From positions 1,576,438 through 1,640,437 of the forward strand of contig CAJINV010000005.1 in the NCBI GenBank assembly GCA_905178155.1: DNA of 64,000 nt, given 5' to 3'. The DNA is from Amoebophrya sp. A120. Its lineage: Eukaryota > Protista > Dinoflagellata. Positions 13,101 to 23,564 of the stretch are shown one piece after another (within the stretch, counting starts at the first letter, position 1; the number at the start of each line of letters is the position of its first letter). The notes below the pieces were generated by a model, which was given only the letters and a program-made list of their open reading frames with translations, was not told where the DNA came from and did no database searches. The position numbers and the translations under genes are program-made.

Positions 13101-14366
13101 CGCGCCTGTTTGCGCTTTCACCGGCTGCACCTGCGGAGGCAGGCGTTGGTCGCAGATCGGGATCGTGGACGCTCGTGCTGCAGCTTGTTGGCCTTGCTGC
13201 TGGGGTTGGTGCTCACCCTGGTGTTGTGGGTGGCTCTGCTGCGCAGCCTGTTGCAGGCGTGTGTCGGTGCTGCTCTGTGCGGCTTCGTCGCGTGCCTTGG
13301 CAAGATCTTCTACGGCCTTGCGGACTTCCCGCAGCTGCTCCGACAGTGTACGAAGGTGCTCAACGTCAGTCCCCTCCCCGGTCAGCGCGTTCCTGGTGAT
13401 GAGCGGCACCGCTATCTCCCTGCCTTGCAGCTGGCCCAGGAGCTGGCAGATGTCCTTGTGGTTTTGCTGGAGGGCGGGAACAACACCTTCGTCACCCGCT
13501 CCCCCTAAAGCGCCGGCGCCTGACTGTGCGAGCTGTGACATGGGCCCGCCTATGTTGACAGGCAGGGACGCGCTTGGTCTCATTGGCTGGAGCTGTTGCT
13601 GCTGCGCCGCAAGGAGTCGCTGGACTTCTTCCGCGGTGAACGTTTGCTGCGGTGGGAGAACTTGTTGTTGCTGGCCCCCGTAGAACGTTTGTTGCGATGG
13701 GAGAACGAAATGCGGAGGCGCTGGGCCTCCGGCAGGGAATTGTGGATGTTGAGCCGGCACGGCCGGGTTGCTGGCCTGGTGGTATGCTGGGCGGTTTTGC
13801 AGTTGCAAGTTTTGGAGGAGGAGATGGTCTGCAATGGTTGGCGGTCCCACTCCGTTCGCGGCGTGGTAGATCCCTGTCCCCCCAAAGCCGGTCGCCCCCC
13901 CGCCTGGCGGGCCACTGTACTGCTGGCGCGGGAACAGGTTGCTTAAATGCGCTTCCAGACTAGGACCAGCGTGGGGGCTGGCATACGCCGTCGTGGCGAT
14001 GTCGCCGTAGCCGTAGCTACTGTTGCTTCCCCCACCCCCACCATGATGGCTGCTGCTGTTCTCCGCTCCCATCGTACTCCCAAAGCCGCACGGGTTGCCG
14101 GCTTGCTGTCCAGCTATTGCACTGCTTGGCTGTGCTCCAAATTGGGTCGCAGCAACGTTGGAGCAGGGACGTTGTGCAGGTTGCCAGCTGCTGTTCCCGT
14201 TCTGCCAGTGCTGCGGGAGTTGTCCTTGCTCTGCTCTCATCCCCGTCTGCGCCGCTACAGGTCTGTACTGTTGCTGCGCGGGATACTGTCCCCACTGCTG
14301 GAACTGTCCAGTCGTGTGGCCCCATGCGGGGGCATCGCCGGTGCCTCCTTTTCCTCCTCCTTTCAT
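7167..14366 (-). CDS. LINE ORF2 polyprotein, 2399 aa: Q/P/G-rich N-terminus, hydrophobic segments, C2H2 finger, AP endonuclease, reverse transcriptase, RNase H, CCHC finger
   Basis: C2H2 CTVPGC..HLAKAH (~11670-11760). APE motifs LQWNAQS, LQE, VYTPP, DANH, GDH (~10855-11526). RT motifs AAGPDDI, LRPVALTS, QGVPQG, YVDD, FLGV (~8640-9620). RNase H YCDGS, TDSQS, GHTGIAGNVVAD (~7690-8065). C-terminal CALC..H....C. Confidence 0.95.
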   Translation of the reverse strand: MKGGGKGGTGDAPAWGHTTGQFQQWGQYPAQQQYRPVAAQTGMRAEQGQLPQHWQNGNSSWQPAQRPCSNVAATQFGAQPSSAIAGQQAGNPCGFGSTMGAENSSSHHGGGGGSNSSYGYGDIATTAYASPHAGPSLEAHLSNLFPRQQYSGPPGGGATGFGGTGIYHAANGVGPPTIADHLLLQNLQLQNRPAYHQASNPAVPAQHPQFPAGGPAPPHFVLPSQQTFYGGQQQQVLPPQQTFTAEEVQRLLAAQQQQLQPMRPSASLPVNIGGPMSQLAQSGAGALGGAGDEGVVPALQQNHKDICQLLGQLQGREIAVPLITRNALTGEGTDVEHLRTLSEQLREVRKAVEDLAKARDEAAQSSTDTRLQQAAQQSHPQHQGEHQPQQQGQQAAARASTIPICDQRLPPQVQPVKAQTGAEALAPQRPVVEQQNPTPRQHPELGHPPLPPGHPAQQFPNWPATIERLPTHPRMDRYAPSVRDGVVALAAEGGSFFWALITHRWVLVLVGAVLLAALGMASTQHSPGALEFGPSSFAEVAEIPNAAALLQERDAAAFRTINTGRITKARRGLVPHDEDDQNIFTFPNGEPLDLRIEQARRQRQAYRRWLSDRHDIELSLPMVVLGVALLFAGIAVCHNAVTTALSTAAEALRNAAVRRYGALGARGAEAHENKPQPQPEAHQGRAPGTHPSQTQPQPRTLPGASEAASAQTGPPPPPREPTLTAQPVGTGAAGGQGAGEGGKTRTRPSEPGQGPTDASLREQLGAAHDGQAAQVRRRTIRPPPGLAPTPQEKTTPSTQEGGVASSSSSSRSGTQGAGSLAPTSQEPPSQTCAQECEIVPVKDAADHVNDLCVLADVKDTLKKNANERRFKCTVPGCDWASGYQHRVDSFGKHLAKAHPECTHFLMPEINRQKEITRYQKHPAPKKPQPESSQYDANHKRPLVQGATRVLQWNAQSLNASNEEAAAAKGAALRETLEFQEATLCHLQEIWCDAEYLKLFVSRHLPEWEVVDVFPSDGIGGGGATIKHESLRGAMRSNEGCRVTVTAGRNVAATCATIFDCETGEEWAVSAGVYTPPGLPAFPYVEAPANVEVAISWDANHTQEPRTSAVQHWARAEALEFYTPEAATRPCSQTSPDVVLLSAGLHTAASEVDPTGPSVVLIGGDHAALVFDLIRPTTKEHQAKGKASVAVAKEQEVATTAKQGKAPKGGGPGQDPKTPKETPEGGVKLTGSQKRALRKEKFQRIRELRAAKHRQARAAAEGTTTPPAKQDRLRSLPGLGAVLCLASGAVAALCATATQDTGLPGAVESTSTEKGTKAEVVQEASSTGAAQEGALLPEDPTQLPWDPALWRDPTPVVQRRTRLNLKRADWALYREDLGRFLAQNAPPATVEGKAEYVKTAIFEAARRSIPRTNVARKRHKRPRGSAPGVGTELDLALRERGECMRRLALCPPGQKLLWRTALRQATKRVAQAEYSRQDERFADKLAEAEQSTSGAFKLLRELEGRPPPKQHTGALRYAGGYAFKKLACVLAHFYGSHPALDPASEQGAWAKYSNTLATELSPGTPMRLDLDDVEFALRGQKPAGAAGPDDILGAMLKNFTQDGKKLLRDTFSQGITEGVTPEALRLEVCVPVPKPGRPGDLPKSLRPVALTSCLAKVWERAALRRLRAVFQAEGLSLYARNQYGDTPGRSATDHTATLAAAAADSLRKGKRRAACFLDLSSAFERVPIPLFLNGLLRRSAEFKNAARKQEFLLLTRWVRSFVTGRSRVVRFNEEVSQAVPLRQGVPQGTCLGPFVWCSFVDVLLQELAERCPKVQVLAYVDDLALTCEYEESTKSEAQAQLQRALDIVADFCKASNMELSPGKCAYTVFQTEFACELDELSLTGSGEPLVYEACPRFLGVWFDRRLTFSKHYQVISETITKRMAAVRILSRSMHAGTKSVRMFYQLFVESVLAYGLPTYWHGLGAKEKAALNSVQLEGATEILGFPKFRRVNRSCALMTAGLLPLEALYKVEAVALAARAFARPQADGLRQIAESTEADWLTTALGVIEASNAAAATVLPETGALPGVGASLLHEAEEQGRFRAVWQNEGVPSLVDTLQSSDLVFYCDGSVREFQGAAGVFVHGFGIQGGAAWPVGVHTDSFETERMALIAALRGVATKALRTECATICTDSQSNVRALLNPRLRDDLDTELYTATRDALASCRKLVVRYVPGHTGIAGNVVADHLAGYANEPDLQEEGEPITHRQFKTEAKRVVRNALRQDLEDRQHQAETRSKTATTLAATGGWGQDLTADGVERTGQALYYALRFGLLAAEASGEDMPCALCGAPCATTAHFVQSCPVTRPFFEASGVQGLEECKKKWSGTARALTQANELLTPLVGPFPAVRHLCWAGGRSDCAEA

Positions 14367-14372
14367 CCGCAG

Positions 14373-15038
14373 TTACGGTTCCTCCGCCTCGTCCACTGCC
14401 CGTCTCGCCGTGCTACCAGTGTCCCCGACGTGTCGCAGGAGGTCGTTCTCGAGGCGTAAGCGCAGGCTCTCCGCGCGGAGCTGCCTGTTCTCCTCTTCAA
14501 CTTCAAAAATGCGGTCGCGTACTGCGGCCGCCGCTTTCCTCTCAGCCTGCTCCACCAATTGGAGCACTGCGTTGTTGTCTCCGCCGAGGGGGTCGTAGAC
14601 GGTCGACACGATGAACCGCTTCGGGATGTCTGCCCAGGTGGCAAAGACCAGGTCGACGCGGATGAAGAAGTTCTCGCACTTGTCGTCTAGCTCTTCGAGC
14701 AGTTCTGCGAGCCTGTCGCAGAGTTGCCTCCCCTCCACGGTAAACCTCGGCACCGGGGCCGTGTTCGCGAGTTCTGCAACTGCGTTGGTTCTGTAGTACT
14801 GGTAGACGTATGTCTGCCAGCTACCTGCTTCGTTAAGCTCCTTGCGAAGGATGACCACCGGGCAGTAGAAGTACCGGAGCAACACCGCCACGTGGGCGAG
14901 GTTGGACAACGGGGCGCGGGTCTCTAATGTGCCGCTTCGGTGTTCCGCCAGCTCTTTGCTGGTGATGATTCCCTTGAACTCCAGCTCCTCAAGCAGTGTG
15001 CGCGCTGGTCGCCATCTTTTCGACATCAGAGCGGGCAT
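14373..15038 (-). CDS. LINE ORF1 (221 aa, C-terminal coiled coil), in frame with ORF2
   Basis: Heptad-rich end (RIFEVEEENRQLRAESLRLRLENDLLR). Junction reads TAA CTG CGG ATG. Confidence 0.65.
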   Translation of the reverse strand: MPALMSKRWRPARTLLEELEFKGIITSKELAEHRSGTLETRAPLSNLAHVAVLLRYFYCPVVILRKELNEAGSWQTYVYQYYRTNAVAELANTAPVPRFTVEGRQLCDRLAELLEELDDKCENFFIRVDLVFATWADIPKRFIVSTVYDPLGGDNNAVLQLVEQAERKAAAAVRDRIFEVEEENRQLRAESLRLRLENDLLRHVGDTGSTARRAVDEAEEP

Positions 15039-15905
15039 CTTGCCAGTGCATCACGTGCTGTGGTCTTGCGTGATCACTTGGGGTTGTTTCTGTGGGTAGT
15101 TGTTCCGCTGGCGCGGTGGTACTGCAGGATGTGGGCGCTAAAGGAAGAAACTGCGCGTCATCGGATTCCGCCCGTGCGGGACGCGAAGCAGGGTGGGAGT
15201 CCGGGCAATGCAGCTCTATCGCCACCAAAAGTGCAAGATGTCCACGCTGCCAGCCTGCGGGCGCCACACTGGTGGCGCGCGCCGTCCGCTGTTCGTCTCT
15301 AGATACGACGGTATGCTCGCCCAGGCTCGAGAAAATGTCGCTGCAAGCTTGAAGAATTTCCGTTTCCGCCCGTGTCTGGAGAGCAACACCTTCACCGGAT
15401 CCGCCTGCTCGCGCAACAAGCTCCCCTGCGTCCTGTCGTCTCTAGGGACAGAAGAAGCGACCGCTTACGCCTAGAAACTGTTGATTTGCGTCAACTGGTT
15501 TGCTATCTTTTCCCGGATTTTCCCGCTTTTCTGCAGTTTCTGGTCGTTTGGCTGGGGTGAGATCGGTGGATTATAGGCGTAAACGGTCGCGCAATCTTGT
15601 TGCGTGCCACGCGACACAGTCGGGCACCTGCAACAAGCTCAGGCTCTTAGAATGAATATGCAAGATCCCCGGCGGCTTTTTCTATCTCTTTGCCCCCTGC
15701 CGCTCTTCTACTTTTTTCGGGGTCTTTTATTTGCGGCTGCGTGTTGGTTGTCCCTTGTTGCCGTCTTTTACTTTTTTGGGATCTTGTCAGTGGGGATCTT
15801 GCTTGCTAGCTACAACGCGTTATACAACGCGTTACTCGCACCTCAATGAAGCCACCTGCTTCTTTCACGGCTGCCGCCCCGCCGTCAGGAGTGCTGCCTG
15901 CTGGT

Positions 15906-16835
15906 CCCGAGCGTCCTTGCCAGGGGCGCCCGGACTATGACGACCGGCTTTGGCGGTCTCGCTGGTGCGTTTGGTGGTCGTGCGGTGTTGTTCGGCACGT
16001 CGCGTCGTAGTTGTTCCGTTCGGCGCGTCGCGTCGTAGCTGTTCAGGCCTTTTACCGTTTCCTTGAGGCGTTCGTCTTCAGACACGGCGGGATGCTCGCC
16101 CGGAGTCGAAAAAGGCGCCGCTGCGAACTCGAAGAACCCGGAACCCGCTCGTGTCTGGAGAACAACGTCGTGACTGTTCGTCTCCAGACTGGGCGAGATG
16201 CTTGCTCCCGCCCTTCTGCTAAACCGGTACCTCGTCTCGTTCCGGGGGCAAGGGTTAAGAACCGCCCGCCGAGCTTTCGCGTTCCCAGCAATGCGAAGTG
16301 GGGATCTTGTTATTTCCTAGGGCTTCCTGCGCTCTGTTCTGCGTCCCGCGCCACTACTGCCTTTTACCGTTTCCCGGGGCCTAGAAGGACGGTAAATGTT
16401 TGCGGCTGGAGATGGTTGTTTGCTGCTGGGCGGGCTCCGTGGCGAGAAGCGGGTGGCGCAGGGAGCGCGCACTATCGCGGTCGGCCTCGCTGGGGATGTT
16501 TGCTGCTGTTCGTTTGAAGATGTTGCTGGTTTGGTGTGGGTGGACGCGTCAGTTCGTTGCAGCAGAGAATCGCGACTCTGGGGGAAAATCACCAGCAACA
16601 GGCCCCGAGCTCCCCTGTCGCGGTCGCTCGGACTATGTCGGACTGTTCTGGATCACTACTCTCTTGTCGTGCTGCTGGTTGTCGCAATCTTACAATGCGG
16701 CCTGCACGCGTGTTGGAGGGGCTTGCTGGTGTGCGCTAACAGGTTTTCATGTTGGAGAGTGATAACAGAAGAGGAAAGGTAAATCACCAGCTCTAGACCC
16801 CGAGCGTCCTTGCCTTGGTTGCTCGTACTATGACG
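15906..16835. repeat. Degenerate dispersed repeats in the LINE 5' region
   Basis: CCCGAGCGTCCTTGCC at 15906 and 16799, each followed by ACTATGACG. A third, diverged copy lies at ~16590-16638. Confidence 0.6.
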
Positions 16836-18372
16836 GTCTGCACTGGTTCACTGGTTGTTATCTTCTGTACTGTTACGCTATTCGTGGACATGCGGTAGTA
16901 GACGGTCTTGCCACGCGTGGGTTCTTGCGTCTCGTCCTAGCTCCTCGGCTTCCATCCACCTGGGTCCGCCTCCGTCCACGGTTTTCTCGCTTCGCTGCTG
17001 CTAGCAGAATGCACTCGCCCACGACAGTGCAGCAACGCGCGAGCAGAACCGCAACGGGAAGAAGTTGACGAAGCGTCGGGACGCAATGAACGAAAGATAG
17101 GAGACAAAGGAAACACGACGGGGACCGGCGTGTAGCAAGGCCGGACTCTAGAACACGCGGGGGCTCATCTTTTCTTTCTAGTACAAGTTCTTTCGATAAC
17201 GATATCTGGATCATCCGAAATAGACGCAAACGAAGTTGTTCCGGTGATCTCTAAATAACTTTTTCCGTTGTCTTTTCAGAAATATTATTTAAGACTGATC
17301 ATGTAGGTATTAATTGACGTATTTGCACTTCATCGTCCTCGTCGCCGTCGTATATTTTCTGATGAATAGCAACAGTTTCTAGTGCGTACAGGTGGTTATA
17401 CAGACTCCAGCACGACCGAGCTTCGTCGCGATGATCTGAGCACGACCAGACAACTCGTTCGCGTTTCCGTTTCGCAGCAACTTGAGGCTCGACGCCAACC
17501 GAGAAAGGAGCAGTGAAAGGAGCGCGACCGAGGAGATGCTTGCGGAAACTGATCGTTCGTGGTTAAGTCGACCAGGTCCAGGCACGACCACAACTCACTG
17601 TTTGTGTTTCTTTTGTTGACATAACCGCAAGGATCCTTAGTTACCTCAAGCTCTACGTGACCGAATAACTGCTGGCACTGGTGGAGCATAATTGATCTTC
17701 ATAATCTTACCGAAGTCTACTTTAAGATCATGCTCAGGAGGAGTCACCAGCACTGATGCACGCTGAGAGCAAGATTAAGATTTAGATTTGGATTTCCGTC
17801 ACCGAATTATATCTGATGCTGTTCATCTTTAATCGAGTGAACTGCAGCCAAAGGGCAAGAAGTAGGTGTAGTGTTGATGGCATTTCGTCATTTTCCTTTC
17901 CCCCGACGACAGCACGTCACTCGTTGCCATTTGCCACTTTTCTACAACTACATTCTAACATTTTACAATTTACATACCGTTCTGTGACATTGCTTAGCAG
18001 CCTCGTCAACCAAGTACGTTCGGTTCGATTGTCCTGTAGTTGCGCCAGTTCCTGTAGAAGTTAAACGAAACTCTACTGACAGGTTCTCGTACTTCATCTA
18101 AGTAGAGAAACGTATGGCATTTGAAACTCGAAGATCATCCTATTTCTACTTCATCAATTTTGAAAAAAAAAATGACGTAGCGCGAAGGAATGGCTACACC
18201 AGGAGGCGGATGCATGACGTCAGGCACACGCATATAATAAGCTTAAATTGTACAGCGAAACTTTGACCTTTCTTGAAGCTAGACACGAATCCTGCTGGCT
18301 GCAGTCAATCCTGTGTTGTCTAATGGTTGATGTAATGTATCTTTCGCTCGTTGCTCATATTCGCTTTCCGTT

Positions 18373-21300
18373 TCACATCAGCGAAGATCTGTTCTCGTAA
18401 GAGGAACCCAATCCTAACATTCCGGATCCCAATGGCCTCATCGAAGACCGGAAAGGCTCTTGCACCAGAGAAGCCCCGAGCGGCCGCTGCTGCCCAAAAG
18501 CGGATCCGTTGGCGCGCTGCTGATCTAGTGACACCATCGATGACAGCGTCCTACCTGCTGCGTCAGCATTTTGTTGTAGTAAAATCGAACCGGTACTATT
18601 CATCGCCCGCTGCTGATCCAGCGGCATCATCGAGCCTCCGTTTCTAAACCGTTGCTGATCTAAAGACGCGGTTGAGGACATTCCTACTTGTTGCGCCGCA
18701 ACACCAGCCCCTATAGACCCTTCTTCCCGGATGGACGACAGCGCCCGCTGCATTCTCGGCGCGGAGGCGTTCAAAATGACAGGCGCGCCGGCGGCCACGT
18801 TGTTTGCTGTCGCGGCGGTCGACGAGTAGGGATCGTGGTCTAGGGGGTAGTCTTCCATGGAGCCCGGTAAACCACCACGAACCGCTGCTTGTTCGCGCAG
18901 GCCCAGAGACCCCATCTCCGATGCGTAAAGAGATGAGGGAAGCGAAGCGTCGCTCGCAGGCGGAATGTTACTGTACATATGTGCACCAGAACCAGGTCTA
19001 CTGCTGCTACTGCTTGACGCGACAAAGGATGAGCCGCGTCCCTCCGCTTGTCTTACCAACTGCTCCGGTGCAGTGTAGATCATGGACGCCTGGTGCTCCC
19101 CATCGGAAAATCGCACACTGGTCCCGCCGTAGTAAACGCTCGAGCTCCCTTGCGCCTCTTCATTCTGACTGCGCAGAATCCCAACTTGCTGCTCCTGGTG
19201 CTCTTGTTGGGAATTCGGAGTAGTTCCGCCACGGCTGGAAGAAGAAGGTCGAGCAGCAGGGTTACTTCCTTCGCTGGCTCCCGACCACGGGTAGTAGCTT
19301 GACGCCGCGGCTGCGTGCTGCATGGACGGCATGGAGCGGTCACTCACGTTCGATGCCTTCGGATCTTCAAACACAGAGCTAGGCCGGAAGTAAAGCGAGC
19401 CGCCATGTTGATCTTCCTGCTGCTGCCCACTATCCCGCCCAAAGTACACTGACGTCCCAGCCTGCCCTCCGATTTGCTCCTCGAATAAATCTTGATTGTC
19501 AACGCGAGAGGTGGAACCTCGAATCACTACGGAATTCTTGTTTATTCCAGCACTCGACGCACTACTAGCAGGAAAGTTCATCGACCCACCCGGCGGCGGC
19601 ATTTCGTTCCCGCTTCCCGGGAGCATTTGTTGCTGTTGACTACCCCGCGAGAAAGGGAGCTGCTGCATACTGGAGTTCTCCGGTAGGATCACTTGCGAGC
19701 CGGAGCTGTAGGAGGATGGCTCTGGAGGTTGTGCAAGAACTTGTGACCCGCCTCCTGCCCTAGACGACCCAGACGATCTCGAGGCTCCTAGTTCCGAGCT
19801 GCGCGACTGCAGCCCGGTGCTGTTGTAGCTCGAGGGAAACTGCAGCAGGTTGATCGACGAGGAAGTCGAGGATCCAGCACCGCTGCGAGGCCCTTGCAGT
19901 GGTGCGTTTGGGTTCAGATTGGAACTCCGGAAGTAAAGCGACCCCGTACCGGAACTAGACGTCATGACACCAGCAGTTTCGGAAGACCCATAATACGATC
20001 GTGACGTCGGCGCCTGCTGCTGCGTCATCGACGACGTTCGCAGATGGACTGCGGAGCTCTGGCCGCTGCTCCTCTGCCCTGCAGTTCCCGCCGTCTCGCC
20101 CGATTGCAAAAAGACTTCCTGCGCCAAAGCAGAGGAGGTGACGTCGGAAGACGCAGGCGGCAGTTCCACGACGGATTGCCCGAACGGAAAAATGCCAGAC
20201 GCACCCTGCGCACGGGTTTCTCGTACTGACGGCTGTCCGAACACGACACTCGGCTGGCCGAACGCGACCGAGGGTTGATGCTGTCCTGCTCCAAACGCGA
20301 CCGAGTTGTTTTTTTGCCCGAACGCTGCTGCTGCAATGGACTGCTGCCCGCCTCCGCGAGTGGCGCCGGTTGAGGAGCCTGGCTGTTGTTCATCGAAGAA
20401 GTACGGCCCCCCAGATTGCCCGAACGGTACCGCCGCGGACACTTGCTGCTGTTGCGATCCGCCGCGATTATACACTACCGACGGCTGGCCAAAAGCGACA
20501 GAGGGAGGGGATTGTTGGGCGGTCGTCGTTGAGCCCGGACGAGAACCGGAAGAGGAAGTAGTTCTTGGTGCCGCTACAACCACTTCTGGTGATGGAACCA
20601 CAGTCGGCTTGCCAAAAGCGACGCTCTGCTGCTGACTCGAGCGCGAGGGTCTGCCGCCGATGATCACGCCGGAAGTGGAGCCGGCTGTTGAATAGTAGGG
20701 GTCCTGCAACGAACTTCATCTTTCAAAAAAAAAACCCAATGCTGCTCGAGTGTTTCTAATTGATTTTTTTTCACACGCTAGTGGCTCGATGAGTGCTGGG
20801 CGGAACGGTACGGACCTAGTAGAGGCGACACCGTCACGACCGGAAGATAAAGCTGGCGTCACAAGTGGACAGAGTAAGAACATGAACACAGACATCAATA
20901 CAAAGTAAGTACCCTGCGTAGCGTCAGGCGCAAGCGTCGGCTCTCCTCCTGGATTGAGCGAAGACGGAAGCGCCTCTAGCGCAAAGCAACCGCCCTTGGG
21001 AAAAAGCTCGCGCAGCGTGTGCGCCCGGTGCTCTGGGTCGTTGCCTGATCATGTCGAAAACGTCGTGGAGAACGAGAAGATGACGAATGCTATAGAAACA
21101 GAACATAATCAAAGTCATAGACAGCCAATTAATAAAGAAGACCACGTAGCGCCATGCCTTGTCCATAATTGGGACGATTTCATCACCTACTTACCTATTT
21201 TCTAGTACTTCGGGTTCAATACATCAAACTCAATTACAATCAAACTTACCAAGCCGGAACATGGTGGTTTCCTTGTCGTCGAACCTTCTTTCTAGGAACC

Positions 21301-22955
21301 AAGTGCGGCACTGCGAGTTGCTGAACGGTCCCCGAAACGCGCCCTTGACCATGAACGAAAACCGCGGCCAGGCAAAGACCGAGGCGAACCACCCGCTTGC
21401 GCCCTGGGGCCGAAACTTCGTTTCCAGGTACACCAAATTGTGCCGCTTCACGGCGATCGTCCCGCGGTTCGGGAGGTGTCCAATGTTCCACCCGTTCTCT
21501 TCGGCGCGCAGACTGCACTCCGCCAGTTCGCCCTCGGCGAGGATAGAGAGCAGGAAGTCGCACACTTCGAGACCTGCAAGATGGGAATTTCAGTGGGTTG
21601 AAGAAGAAGGATGGGCTCACGATCATGTCTACACGCCATCCTCGTGAACTCGGAAACAAAGACAGAGTCAGAAGTGATCTGAAGATGCTTATAAAAACTT
21701 CGGCTATGCCTATGATGTCGCTGGATATGTCCTACAACTATACTTTTACCGTCCGTTATCCTCAGCCGATTCTGGCCGCTCTCCCCGTAAAACCAGTCCC
21801 CCTCTATTCTGTACTCCGGCTTCCCAAGAGACAGCGCCGCTCCATCGTTGTTACTTCCGGGAGTTGCAGCAGTCTCCTCTCCCATAGGTGCGAGCTTCTC
21901 TCGAAGCCCCCCGTTTGCATCAATCTGCACCAGCTTGAAATCGCCCATAATTGCAAGCATCTGGCCCGGTTCCGGTGTCTTGTCAGCTGCGCCACCGGTC
22001 TGGTAATGATTGTGATTCATGATGATGAAATGGAGAGGACATGCAAATGCATATCGTTATGAGTTGTAGTTTCTTGCAAACCCACAAGGACAATATCAAG
22101 TGGAAGTACGCACCACTGCCGATTCATCAACAACAACATGATGTTCTCGGGCACAAATGAGTTGCAAGCACAGCCAACAACACAAGTACCTGTTCGTCGG
22201 GAGGTTGTTCGTGTTCTATCACAGTCGTGCTCTTTCTACTCCCAGGTTCTCCGACCATCTCCTGTTCCGGAGGTTTTGCCAACCGAAACACCTCGTCCCA
22301 CTGGGGCCACACGTCCTGGAGGCAGTAATCGCCCGCGGACAAGTCCGCGACCCGAATCATGGACTCGGGTTTCAGAACTTCCTGCTGGTAGTACAACACC
22401 GCGCACTCGTTCATGGTAAAAGGCCCCTGCTCGGGCTCGGAAACGCGATCCTGGACACGAAAGAACCTGTGAAACGGATCATATTCTTCATGATGTCCCA
22501 GGAGTACAATGTTATCTGCACCCACGATCGCAGCCACATATTGGACGACCTCTGCGTGGTCATCGTGCACGAAAGAAGACTTCAGCTTCACTACAGCAAA
22601 ACCGAGGAGATCGTGATCGATCCACGTGCTAGTACAACTTCTAATTGCTCCTACGATTTTGTCTTCACATGCACGTGGTTCAGGTCATACAACACAATCA
22701 ATGGTCGTCCTGATGCCGAAAAATTTTTTTCAAAAAATAGTACCAGCTATCCAGATGCACTTGCGTCTTCAGTCGTCCGCTATCTGGGTTCCAGTAGTGC
22801 GTGGCGGGAAAGAAGGGACCGTGCGCCGCTGGAGCGATGGGGGTGCTGTGCGGTATCTTCCCACGCCGCAGCCAGTGCTCCATTTTTCCAAAGGGCGCGG
22901 GCCCGTAGTAGCACCCATCCGGGGCCAGGTAGTACCAGGATTCCAGGGTCGTCAT
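18373..22955 (-). CDS. Multi-exon protein: three GYF-like domains followed by a ~780-aa S/G/Q-rich disordered tail
   Basis: GYF-like motifs WYYLAPDGCYYGP..MEHW, FFRVQD..EQGPFTMNE and FSFMVKGAFRGPFSNSQCRTW. In-frame joins via introns 22571-22760, ~22000-22240 (unresolved), 21574-21749 (GT-AG), 21045-21249 (GT-AG) and 20703-20912. Confidence 0.65.
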
Positions 22956-23564
22956 GTTGAGGCAGATCTTCCCTCTTGGTAAGTATCACGATGAACTCAT
23001 GGTCATGATGCAACGCGTGGGACGAAAAATACTTGTTACCAGGAAATGACGATGAGGCAGGTGCCTAAGTAGACCGTGGCGCTATGAAGAAAGTCGAATA
23101 GTTAGCAGTGTGCTTGCCTTTTACGACACACGAAAATGACGACAAGTAAAGAGCGTCGACCTGCTTCGCTCAGCATCTAAGTCGTACAACTCTGGGTCTG
23201 GTCTGCTGGGAGGTCGAACCAACTGCATGGAAATGCTCCTCTCGACCGCGTTTTTTCTGCTCTAGCACCGGCGTCCTCCTCTACTTCGAGGTCGACCAAG
23301 CGTCAACGCAGTCGTACAACCACGATCTGCCGCTACAACAAAGACGAGAAACTACAAAGCAACGATGACGCTAAGTTTCGAAGGAACAACACGAGGCGCT
23401 CGCTTCGTGCTAGAACATTTTGATTCCTGGCCCTCGCGAGGTCGGGTTTTTACTGAAGAATCAATCCTCGTCAGCTCGGTGTTCAAAACAAAAACCATGT
23501 CATATTGAAGGTGCGCAGCTGTCACCTCACCACTTCCTCCGGCTTCCAAGTCTTTCATCTTTCA

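Larger units (their letters stand above)
6268..17181 (-). mobile_element. Full-length non-LTR retrotransposon (APE + RT + RNase H; I/Ingi-group-like architecture), ~10.9 kb
   Basis: GC-rich, intron-free block with ORF1 and ORF2. Candidate 11-bp TSD TACAAGTTCTT at 6257-6267 and 17182-17192. AATAAA on the minus strand near 6287-6292. Boundaries are less certain than identity. Confidence 0.85.

Noticed and set aside
17080-17181. HDV-like ribozyme at the LINE 5' end, as in Ingi/L1Tc
   Set aside because: Only a simple CCGGC/GCCGG hairpin is visible and I could not build the nested double pseudoknot.
17379-17689. Short ORFs beside the LINE 5' end
   Set aside because: No motifs and no convincing splice links.
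20924-21166. ORF with a TM-like stretch as the last exon of the GYF gene
   Set aside because: A different frame entered at the AG at 21045 (GNDPEHRAHTLRELFP) completes the GYF domain better and links to the downstream ORF.
22940-23090. DHHC-like NxTTxE motif (NMTTLE)
   Set aside because: There is no DHHC domain upstream; the Met is more simply the GYF gene start.
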